Below are positions 20,101 through 27,421 of a stretch of 64,000 nt of DNA, in pieces (the stretch's first letter is position 1; each line of letters opens with the position of its first letter). The notes under the pieces are model-generated. The model searched no databases, had not been told where the DNA came from, and saw nothing but the letters and a program-made list of their open reading frames with translations. A program made the position numbers and the translations under genes. This DNA is from Elusimicrobia bacterium HGW-Elusimicrobia-2 (lineage in GTDB: Bacteria; CG03): NCBI GenBank assembly GCA_002841685.1, contig PHAM01000001.1, positions 7,086 through 71,085 on the forward strand. The letters are read 5' to 3'.

Positions 20101-22683
20101 TTTATCGTCGGAACCCATGCTGTTCCCGAAGGTGTCATATGCGTAAATACGGAAATAATAAGTGGTGTTGTCGCTGAGTCCGCTTATTGTCGTGGAAGAA
20201 ACCCCGTTAAAATCTTCCGCATCCAGATTAATATCATCAGCGGCTTGCCATAAACCGATACTGTCACCGGAATCATTCACAATACCTGACGGATCATCGT
20301 TATAATATATGATGTATTCGTCAAAATTCACGTCGGCTGAAGGAGATCCGAAGCTGAGCGTCACGCTGGTTGATGTATAAACGCCCGTTGGAGAAAGATC
20401 CCCCGGAGTCTCCGGCCTCTCATTATCTATTTCAAAAATGCCGGAGACACAATATCCGCTGTCCGCGTATCCGTCATTGGCTTTAAATCTTATGCTGACG
20501 GTCTCGCATTGCGTTGATATAACGACTGGCGGATTGGACGCGTGATTCGTCTTCCAGTAGAAAGTGTGCCTGGCGGAAGCACTTAAAGTCTGCGCCGAGA
20601 TAAAAGAAGAATCAAACCCCTCGCAAACCATAGAACCGTCAAGAGAATCCCACGATAAACCGGCATTAAGGGAATATTCAAAGTCTTTAAGCGTACATTG
20701 ATTGCTTTCAAAATCTTTTAATTTAAAATCCGTGACAATCACGCCTTTTTTCGCCGGATCTATCAGAATCTCTGCCAAAGTGTAGTTGCGCGTACAGGTG
20801 GACAGCAGAACATTGTCTTCCTCCCAGCCGGGATATGATTTTTCATTGACGGTGACCTCGGAAGAAGGCGCGCTCCTGGCGCCCTGCGAGTCCAACACCG
20901 TGACAGAAAAAAAGTATGTTTTACGCTGAACATTCAACAAAGTCCATGAACTGTAGAGCATATTACCATAAAAACCGGAGCACTCGCTGAACACCGTGCC
21001 CGATACGGTGGAAATGACCACATTCCCCGCATCATCGCGGAGAGCCAGATCATACTGCAGAAGATCATCCGGCGTCTCATCATCAGCGCCAGAGCCCCAT
21101 TTAAGATGCAGCTTACCCGATTGCCAGGCGAAATCCATTCCCGAAAACGGCGCCGACGGAGAACCGTTAGGGTCATCATCCGATAGCGTTGAATAATAAA
21201 CCTCACAGCCGTCGCCATGGCCGGCGACATAATCAAGGTCACCGTCATTGTCAAAATCCGCTATTGCCACACATTGGGCGTACACCGTGTTTTCCGTCTC
21301 ATCCAGCAGAGAAAAATCACCGCTGCCGTCATTTATATAAACCCGCGTGTATTTCCCGACGCCAAGACGGTACCATCCCGCTATAAAATCAAGGTCGCCG
21401 TCGTTATCCAAATCGGCCACAGCCAACGAGGTGGCGAAAGCGCGCGGGCCTCCGACCGAGCAGTCTTTTGTGAATGTCATATTTCCGCCGTTCATATATA
21501 TCCCTATTTCCGTGAGGACGCATGTCTCGCTCGGGCCTCTTGTGGCGGCTATAAAATCGCACAAGCCGTCGCCGTTAAAATCCCCTATTCCCGCGGCATT
21601 GAAATAATCCGGAGCGGGAGACACCCAATCGGGAGCGGCGGAAAATCCGCCCGAACCATTGCCCTTGTAAACACCTGCGTAGGCGAGCGGACTGAGTGCC
21701 CCATCGGAGGCGTTTTTTTGATTCATCACGACAAGATCAAGAATGCCGTCATTGTCAAAATCTGCGCTGGCGATAGAATTCGTCTCGTTCAGATCTGCGA
21801 AAGACACCCCCTGCGCAAATTGGCCATTGCCCTGCCCCGCGTAAAAAGTGTTCGCTTCCCCCGAACCGGTACCGCCTGTGGTAAGCCCTTCTATTATATC
21901 GTATTTGCCGTCCCTGTTAAAATCAAAACAAGCGGCGGAAGAGGTTTTTTTAGGGTTAAACTCGGCAGAGGAGAGAAAAACAAAACCGCCCGTGTTTATG
22001 AGGACAACCGAGCTTTCATTAGCTGCGCCGCCTCCTATTTCAGCCGCGGCGATAACATCGTTCAAACCGTCGTTGTTGATATCTCTTATCAGCACCCCAC
22101 CAAGCTGCTTACCCGATAGCGTGGAAAAGATCAGGTCAAAGGCGCCCGTTCCGTCATTTCTATAAAAACGCAGCATGGCCTCTGTTCCCTTGCCTCCAAG
22201 CACAATGTCAATATAACCGTCATTATCCAGATCGCCGACTCCTATAGAACCGACATCTTCAAACGCATTCAGGTCGGCGCCGGCGAAAGAAGCTTTTTTC
22301 AAAAACAAATTCATCCTGAATGTTGCCGTATCCGAATACTGCGAATATTCTCCGGAAGAAGAGGAAACCTTTACTTTCCAGTAATATGTCGTGTTTCCCG
22401 AAAGCGGCACGCCGCCGTAAACACAGGATTTGACCGAACTCGTCTCTATTTCAGTATCCCATTTTATAATGCCGAAATCATTGGATGTGGAAACAAGCAG
22501 TCTGTACGCCACCTGCGTTGAGGCGCTCCAGCCGAAAGAGGACTCCGGCGATTCCACGTACACGGGATTTGTTTTATTGTTGCACAAAAGCCCTGTCGGA
22601 GCGGGCACGGCAAAACAAAAAGACGCCCCTATTGCAAAGGCCGCGAAAACGCCTTTAACCAGAAAACCGATTCTTTTCTCCAT
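17137..22683 (-). CDS. Giant secreted surface protein (FG-GAP/VCBS-like and FN3-like repeats) with C-terminal type-A T9SS sorting domain
   Basis: 1848 aa, signal peptide, repeated 'DFDNDGxxD' FG-GAP/VCBS-type motifs, C-terminal ~80 aa 'KIEIYDIMGRLL...LPSGVYIYRIKSGENEKRGKLVIIQ' matching the Por secretion-system C-terminal domain. Confidence 0.75.
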   Translation of the reverse strand: MEKRIGFLVKGVFAAFAIGASFCFAVPAPTGLLCNNKTNPVYVESPESSFGWSASTQVAYRLLVSTSNDFGIIKWDTEIETSSVKSCVYGGVPLSGNTTYYWKVKVSSSSGEYSQYSDTATFRMNLFLKKASFAGADLNAFEDVGSIGVGDLDNDGYIDIVLGGKGTEAMLRFYRNDGTGAFDLIFSTLSGKQLGGVLIRDINNDGLNDVIAAAEIGGGAANESSVVLINTGGFVFLSSAEFNPKKTSSAACFDFNRDGKYDIIEGLTTGGTGSGEANTFYAGQGNGQFAQGVSFADLNETNSIASADFDNDGILDLVVMNQKNASDGALSPLAYAGVYKGNGSGGFSAAPDWVSPAPDYFNAAGIGDFNGDGLCDFIAATRGPSETCVLTEIGIYMNGGNMTFTKDCSVGGPRAFATSLAVADLDNDGDLDFIAGWYRLGVGKYTRVYINDGSGDFSLLDETENTVYAQCVAIADFDNDGDLDYVAGHGDGCEVYYSTLSDDDPNGSPSAPFSGMDFAWQSGKLHLKWGSGADDETPDDLLQYDLALRDDAGNVVISTVSGTVFSECSGFYGNMLYSSWTLLNVQRKTYFFSVTVLDSQGARSAPSSEVTVNEKSYPGWEEDNVLLSTCTRNYTLAEILIDPAKKGVIVTDFKLKDFESNQCTLKDFEYSLNAGLSWDSLDGSMVCEGFDSSFISAQTLSASARHTFYWKTNHASNPPVVISTQCETVSIRFKANDGYADSGYCVSGIFEIDNERPETPGDLSPTGVYTSTSVTLSFGSPSADVNFDEYIIYYNDDPSGIVNDSGDSIGLWQAADDINLDAEDFNGVSSTTISGLSDNTTYYFRIYAYDTFGNSMGSDDKASAATNNRPTLSAISVSQRSDGSGNVDFLYRGFDANNDSWSYDGLFLKNFDGAMIGISSNTADSAFSDPLCFCSTGSLQDFVFNALNDIGQVYYNNVKVTFIISDGIDESSRLYSSSFMLDTLEPSGITRFRHRGHDSSHVQLQWNLNDDDTSISVIEHNFLKYVIYYSTSPGVDEYCLSWGPVQQTVLGSITTRIANVGDLSAGTRYYFRLCVYDSLGNTFWPDEEISVITGDGPSSWMENVPAQSSSGDGRISARIFCSHPDDFDSFVNVSYSTSGSAAGAPWHAVTLSTAVTAFYFDGAFHPLAPPEVDNSDYFQIGTAQEPLIMSSGTRVALDVVWKSAEDLPGALYESVFLRTLVKDVYGVTQFSAAVSNPFTVDNLKPVTGSASYSHGEESYSPVNSAELIIFCNKRPDVISYENIFISTSPLFPDGSSPRISLEETEYDEASSSSTLYFNLSLEKWRQIAFWGRDAESLYIHLTSASIKDSAGNTPDETSMEIVWIKDTNPPYPENQFYAQNESDPAKLSGFRLQFNDEISGWAEDIGTLLSVYTSSTGPETKVTFEDGITISSASANIFWFYPSEDKHVELLNLGITTLYLACGELGYDYSGNWLESISRENALSVPLTRETSAPWVIDYAPDTLLKSDVDADMWIHFSESLHSDSVTNANVYLTKIKNHEGIAVSENVLSDVNYISSACVVTVLPHSLLEYGCGYRVTVTTGIRDMSLNYLPSVFSFEFETLFDLSSGFTLSTGPAAITVPDGVLFGSGRIEMLLDDENEKINAAFARESAMGAPSHSRIIGGVVTLGLYDDFDNVISTTFAGSVTLSFSYEDSGSDGFVDGLSPPVRVESLAIYWLSDTTSWIKLPSSRLVKSQKKVQADLWHFSTYALMGGPLFSIEDAHPYPVPYKKSEDIGNGIIFSFPSGSDAKIEIYDIMGRLLKEFSYTDATASPPGLFTGWTDVKLPSGVYIYRIKSGENEKRGKLVIIQ

Positions 22684-22725
22684 ACTTACGATTTTACTCC
22701 GAAAACGGAAAAACCGGAATATTGT

Positions 22726-24054
22726 TTAATTTTCCTTATCCTCGGCCTCTATCTCCAGCATCTTCTGTTCTGCTTCCATGGGCAGTTCTATTCCGGCATC
22801 TTTGAGTTTTTTGAAAGACGCGAGCGCCCTTTTGCGGACATGAAAAGAACTGTCATTTAAAAGGGGCGTCATTATTTTAACACCCTCTGAAACGCCCATT
22901 TCACCGCAGGCCCATGCCGAGGTCATCCTCATCCAGACATCATCCGCCTTGCCCATCTCAGAGACATTATCCAGAGCGCGGCGCCTGTTCCGCGGAAAGA
23001 GGGCAATAGCCGCGTTGCCCCTCACCCTGTTATTGGGATCCTGCAAATAGGGATCGAGAAGCTCTTCCATAATAGGCGAGTCCTTGAACATTTCCGCCAG
23101 CAGCTCAACCGTATCCGCTCTGACCCTGGCGGTATCGTCCACTCCGGCGATACCCGCCCGGGGCGAATGGGAAGAAAGCTCTATATTGGTGCCTGTCTTA
23201 CTTTTTGTCAGTCTCTCTATCAGTTTGATGACTTCGGCATTCTGAAGTTTCATCATTGATGTTTCCTCAGGCAGTTTAGCCAGAGCGTTCAGCATTTCCT
23301 TCTGATTCTGTAAAATCGCCTGATATTCCCCCTTGCTGCCGAGCGTTTGCACTATTTGCGAAATCCTCCTCTCCTCTTCCATGAGCTTGGATTCCTTCTT
23401 CTTAGAAAAAGCCGCCGCGACAAAATAGCCCAGGCCCATAACAGCCATAAGGTTCAGGGCGAGCAGAATAAATAAAGAAGTCGGATAAGGCATTTCCGCC
23501 TTGTTCTCCGGTTTAAGTATTTCCCGCATAACCTCTTCTTTTTTTTCGGCTTCCTGTTTTTTTACCGGTTTTTTTTCTGCCGCGGGCTTTTTCGCCGCTG
23601 TTTTTTTCTCCGCCTTTGGAGCAATCTTTTTTGCCCCAGCGGCATCGGGCTTTACAACAGCCGGCCTGGATCCGCCCATAAGTTTTGACAAACGCTCACT
23701 GATTTCTTTTACTTCAGGGGTGAGAGCTATTTTTCCGGCGTCCGAGATATGTGCCATGGCTTTTGCGTAATCCTTCCGGGATTCCATTAAAAGAGCCATT
23801 TTCACCAGCGTCTTGTGGTGGAGATCCCTGACCCTTTTTTCCGAGGGATCAGTCTTAAAAAGCTCAGACGAATCCTTAAATGCGGCTTCATAATTTCCGG
23901 TGAGGAAATTCTCAAAAGCCGCCCCGAAAGCGCGGGGGTCGATCTCCGCGCGGACCAACGCGCAAAAAGCCGTAAAGATAATTATGCTTTTTATTAATTC
24001 CTTAGGGGACAGGATTAATCCTGCCCCCTCGTTAAAAATATTTATTTTTTTCAT
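22726..24054 (-). CDS. HEAT-repeat (PBS-lyase-like) protein with signal peptide, Lys/Ala-rich linker and TM helix
   Basis: C-terminal repeats 'DPNNRVRGNAAIAL', 'NDSSFHVRKRALASF' typical of HEAT/PBS lyase repeats; central hydrophobic helix. Confidence 0.5.
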   Translation of the reverse strand: MKKINIFNEGAGLILSPKELIKSIIIFTAFCALVRAEIDPRAFGAAFENFLTGNYEAAFKDSSELFKTDPSEKRVRDLHHKTLVKMALLMESRKDYAKAMAHISDAGKIALTPEVKEISERLSKLMGGSRPAVVKPDAAGAKKIAPKAEKKTAAKKPAAEKKPVKKQEAEKKEEVMREILKPENKAEMPYPTSLFILLALNLMAVMGLGYFVAAAFSKKKESKLMEEERRISQIVQTLGSKGEYQAILQNQKEMLNALAKLPEETSMMKLQNAEVIKLIERLTKSKTGTNIELSSHSPRAGIAGVDDTARVRADTVELLAEMFKDSPIMEELLDPYLQDPNNRVRGNAAIALFPRNRRRALDNVSEMGKADDVWMRMTSAWACGEMGVSEGVKIMTPLLNDSSFHVRKRALASFKKLKDAGIELPMEAEQKMLEIEAEDKEN

Positions 24055-24073
24055 CGCATTCCCTCCAGCTCAC

Positions 24074-25486
24074 TTATTTCTGCTTTTCCAAATCATAGCC
24101 CAATATGTTTAAAAGTTCATCCATGCGGTTAAAAAAATCCCACACCTCCCTGTGCAAAGGATTAAGTTTAACGGCTTTCAGAAGGAATTCCCTTGTTCGC
24201 AGAAAATCCCCTTTATCCAAAGACATCTGCGCGAAATTCAGGCTTTCTAAAAAGGTGACCTCAATATTCCCTGGATATTTTTTAGAGGCGGCCGATATAA
24301 TATCAGCGCATCGCTCATAATTACCGCCTTTGTAAAGAGACCACGCTTCATTGAGTTCCACCGAAGACTCCGACATATTTTTATCATCTTCAAAGCCCGG
24401 ATTCAGGAGTGCGGCTTGACTAAACAGGATTCCCGCTCTCTCTTTCTCACCCGCAGTCATCAGCCTTCTGGCCTCAGCCATAAGTTCCTGCGCTTTTTTC
24501 GACACCATCGCGGGGTCGAAACGGCGGGCCTTTTTAGCGCTGCGCGAGGCGGCGCGCTTCTTTCCGGAAGCGAGAAACTCAAAAGAGGAAGCCAATTCCG
24601 CCTCGCATATCAATGTCCCCGTTTCATCTTTCATCTTCTTCGCCTGTTCCATGGCGGGATCTTTTGCCAGAGCTTTTTCAAGATATTGAAAAGCCTTTTC
24701 AAATCTTCTTTTTTTGTAAGCGTCTTCCGCCTTTAAAAAATACTCGAGCGCCTTCTCTTCATCTTTGGCGCGCTGTTTATCGGATTTACCGAGATCCGAC
24801 GATTCCGCCTCCGAGAGCTTTTTCAGCAGCTGTTTTCTCAATTTGGCGGCGGCGTTGTTGGCCGGGTCCAGCTTGAGCGCGTCATTCGCCAGGCCCAGCG
24901 CTTTCACGGGATTGGCGGATAGCCGCATGGCTTCCGTATATTTCTGAGCGGCGATTTTTTTCTTTTCGCCTATAACGCTGCTGTAAAGTTCCCTGAAAAA
25001 TGAGCTTTTGAGCAACGCTTTAAGCTTGAGCGCCTCATTGTTGCCGGGATCAAAAAACAGGATTTCGGAGGAGGACTCGGCGCACTGGACAGGATCCTGA
25101 GAGCTGAGAAAACTTTTGGCCTCTATGACTTTCTCCTCTATATACGAGAGAAAAACATCCACCGAAAGAGCTCTGCTATCTCCTATTTTCGCACGCGCGA
25201 TATCAAGCTCACCATTTCTGAAATATATCTCGGCCGCACGGCAAAGCCTCCTGGCCTCGTCATTCTTGATCTGCCCGTAAAGATCTATAGCGCGGGAATT
25301 TTTGGGGTATTTTTCAAGCGTTTTATATATCATATCCAGCGCGTTAGGCGTATTGCCCCGCTGATATTCCATAAGCGCCTTTTCTATCATCTTATCCTGA
25401 TCGGCATCGGGCGCAGCGGCGCTAAAAGCCGGCGCGCAAAAGCCCGCCATGAACAAAAATAATCCGCGCAAAAGCCAAATTCTCAT
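24074..25486 (-). CDS. TPR-repeat secreted protein
   Basis: Multiple TPR-like repeats; start moved to the Met preceding a signal peptide (MRIWLLRGLFLF...) because the longer ORF reads through an intergenic repeat element. Confidence 0.55.
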   Translation of the reverse strand: MRIWLLRGLFLFMAGFCAPAFSAAAPDADQDKMIEKALMEYQRGNTPNALDMIYKTLEKYPKNSRAIDLYGQIKNDEARRLCRAAEIYFRNGELDIARAKIGDSRALSVDVFLSYIEEKVIEAKSFLSSQDPVQCAESSSEILFFDPGNNEALKLKALLKSSFFRELYSSVIGEKKKIAAQKYTEAMRLSANPVKALGLANDALKLDPANNAAAKLRKQLLKKLSEAESSDLGKSDKQRAKDEEKALEYFLKAEDAYKKRRFEKAFQYLEKALAKDPAMEQAKKMKDETGTLICEAELASSFEFLASGKKRAASRSAKKARRFDPAMVSKKAQELMAEARRLMTAGEKERAGILFSQAALLNPGFEDDKNMSESSVELNEAWSLYKGGNYERCADIISAASKKYPGNIEVTFLESLNFAQMSLDKGDFLRTREFLLKAVKLNPLHREVWDFFNRMDELLNILGYDLEKQK

Positions 25487-25695
25487 AATCCCGGATCCAT
25501 CGGCAGTGAAAATTTTATATCGGGCAAGCATATCAGACGCTATCCGGAGCGGGCCATATGAGCGAGGAGTTTCGCGCCATGCTCCGAGCGAATTGGCAGC
25601 GAACCGCATACGTGAGCGGCCGTCTACGGATAGCGCGGGATGTGATCGACGGCTGTCGGATAATGATGTCCTGTGATATTGAGTTGATTCCGGCA

Positions 25696-26214
25696 TTATT
25701 CCCTTTCCGAAATTTCCCTCATCAGCGCGTCTATCTGCATGGACGCCTCAGCGGCCTGTTCCTGCAGTTTTTTCTCAAATTCCAGCGTCAGCCTCCTAAG
25801 TTCTTCCGCCTTCTGTTTTTCGTGTTTCGCCCCGGAGACGAGTGCGACGGCATCGGCATTTTTGGACGAGAGGGCAATATCCGCCTTAAGTTTTTCTATA
25901 ACGGAATTCTGCGAGGCGATCTCGGCCGAAAGAGAATCTACTTTTGCTCTCGCCGATTCCAGCCGGGAAGATAAATCCCTCTCTTTCACGGCGCTTTTTC
26001 TCAAATCATTTTTCATGTTCGCCAGAAGCCGTCCCACATCTCCCATCAGCCTTTCCTTTAAAGCGGGGCTCATTATAAGTTTGCGGGATATCTCAGTTTT
26101 CAATAAAGAATTTTCCTCTATGAGAGCGTTGATCTTCCTGTCTTTTTCATCCAGCTGTTTCTGCCATTCCATGATTCTGTCCTCTATATCCCGCTTTATC
26201 TGTTTGCTGTCCAT
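25696..26214 (-). CDS. Coiled-coil protein of unknown function
   Basis: Start trimmed to ATG at 26214 (GGAGAC RBS) to avoid overlap with the strongly supported methylthiotransferase gene; heptad-rich, no domain recognised. Confidence 0.4.
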   Translation of the reverse strand: MDSKQIKRDIEDRIMEWQKQLDEKDRKINALIEENSLLKTEISRKLIMSPALKERLMGDVGRLLANMKNDLRKSAVKERDLSSRLESARAKVDSLSAEIASQNSVIEKLKADIALSSKNADAVALVSGAKHEKQKAEELRRLTLEFEKKLQEQAAEASMQIDALMREISERE

Positions 26215-27389
26215 AATGTCTCCGCGGCGGCGCCGTTCATAAACCCGCCCAATGTTCCTTCCACCTCTACCCTGACTATATCGCCGGGCAACGCCTTTCC
26301 CGCGGGAAATTTCACCTTGAGATAATTGTCCGAGGTGCCGTAAAACCATTCCCCTATCTTTGTCTCAGCGACAACTTCAAGGCCCTGCCCGATAAATTTG
26401 CGGCGGTAATCTTCGGGTGATTTCGCCGCCGCGGCCAGAAGACGCGCCTTTCTCTCTTTTATAACAGAAGGCTTCAAAGGCGGATACAAGGCCGCGAGAG
26501 TGCCGGGCCGCGCTGAAAAGGGAAAAACATGGATCTTGCTGAACTGCGCTTGCGCAACAAAATCCAGCGTTTCATTAAAATCATCTTCGCTTTCACCCGG
26601 AAACCCGTATATGATGTCCGTCGTAACCGCGGCTTTATCAAAATATCTTCTTATTTCATCCAGCGTCTTCATAAAATCAGAAGCGCTGTATTTTCTGCGC
26701 ATTTTTTTCAGCACACTGTTACTGCCGCTTTGAAGCGGCACGGGAAAATGAGGGCATATATTCGCGGCCATGGAAAGTTTCTTAACAAAATCTTCCTCAA
26801 AAGGCGGCTCCAGAGAACCCAGCCTTATCCTGGCCTTATATCTTTTTCTTATGGTATTTATCAGATCAGGGAGGCCTCCGCCCTGATCCTTGTACAAATT
26901 GATGTTCGTGCCCGTGAGCACAAGCTCAGAAGGAAACGCCCGCGCGTTTTCAAGGCACTCTAATTCCCGCATAATATTTTCCCTGCTTCTGCTGGCAGGC
27001 GCGCCTCTTAAGGTGGGCACAATGCAGTATGAGCAAAAATTATCACAGCCATTCTGTATCTTCAAAAAATACCGCTGCCGGCCTTCCGGCAGGACTGAGG
27101 CGAAAACCGGCGGATATTTCAGCTTTATGCCTATGCATGATTCCAACGCGGCCTCTTTCAGGGAATCTGTCACGCATCCCGATAGAACAACCTCGGCGGA
27201 CGGATGATTTTTTTTAAACGCCAGCGCTGTTTTGAGAGCCTTGTTCTCGCTCCGGGCGGTGACACAGCACGAATTCACAATACACAAAGAGGGATCGCCT
27301 CGCGATAATGACCAGCCCTCCCCGCAAAGCGCCGAAATTATTTTTTCCGAATCGGCGCGATTTGTTTTGCACCCGAAAGTCTTAATCAT
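26196..27389 (-). CDS. mtaB: Radical-SAM tRNA methylthiotransferase (MtaB/MiaB-like, MTTase-radical SAM-TRAM)
   Basis: N-terminal MTTase 'IKTFGCKTN', radical SAM 'IQNGCDNFCSYCIVP', C-terminal TRAM-like region; ~398 aa from ATG 27389. Confidence 0.8.
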   Translation of the reverse strand: MIKTFGCKTNRADSEKIISALCGEGWSLSRGDPSLCIVNSCCVTARSENKALKTALAFKKNHPSAEVVLSGCVTDSLKEAALESCIGIKLKYPPVFASVLPEGRQRYFLKIQNGCDNFCSYCIVPTLRGAPASRSRENIMRELECLENARAFPSELVLTGTNINLYKDQGGGLPDLINTIRKRYKARIRLGSLEPPFEEDFVKKLSMAANICPHFPVPLQSGSNSVLKKMRRKYSASDFMKTLDEIRRYFDKAAVTTDIIYGFPGESEDDFNETLDFVAQAQFSKIHVFPFSARPGTLAALYPPLKPSVIKERKARLLAAAAKSPEDYRRKFIGQGLEVVAETKIGEWFYGTSDNYLKVKFPAGKALPGDIVRVEVEGTLGGFMNGAAAETLWTANR

Positions 27390-27421
27390 AAAACTTTCCT
27401 TCTTTCTGTGGGCGCTATTGG

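Noticed and set aside
21217-22119. 300-aa plus-strand ORF (and several shorter ones) inside the giant T9SS cargo gene
   Set aside because: Antisense shadow ORFs within a strongly supported 1848-aa minus-strand gene; no start context or domain signal.
25590-25610. Possible sigma-54 promoter (TGGCAG-N-CGCAT) inside repeat copy A
   Set aside because: GG/GC spacing is off by one and the TGGCA is not conserved in copy B.
25487-25696. N-terminal 70-aa extension of the TPR gene ORF (start 25696)
   Set aside because: The extension reads through the conserved intergenic repeat element. A Met followed by a clear signal peptide at 25486 is the likelier start.
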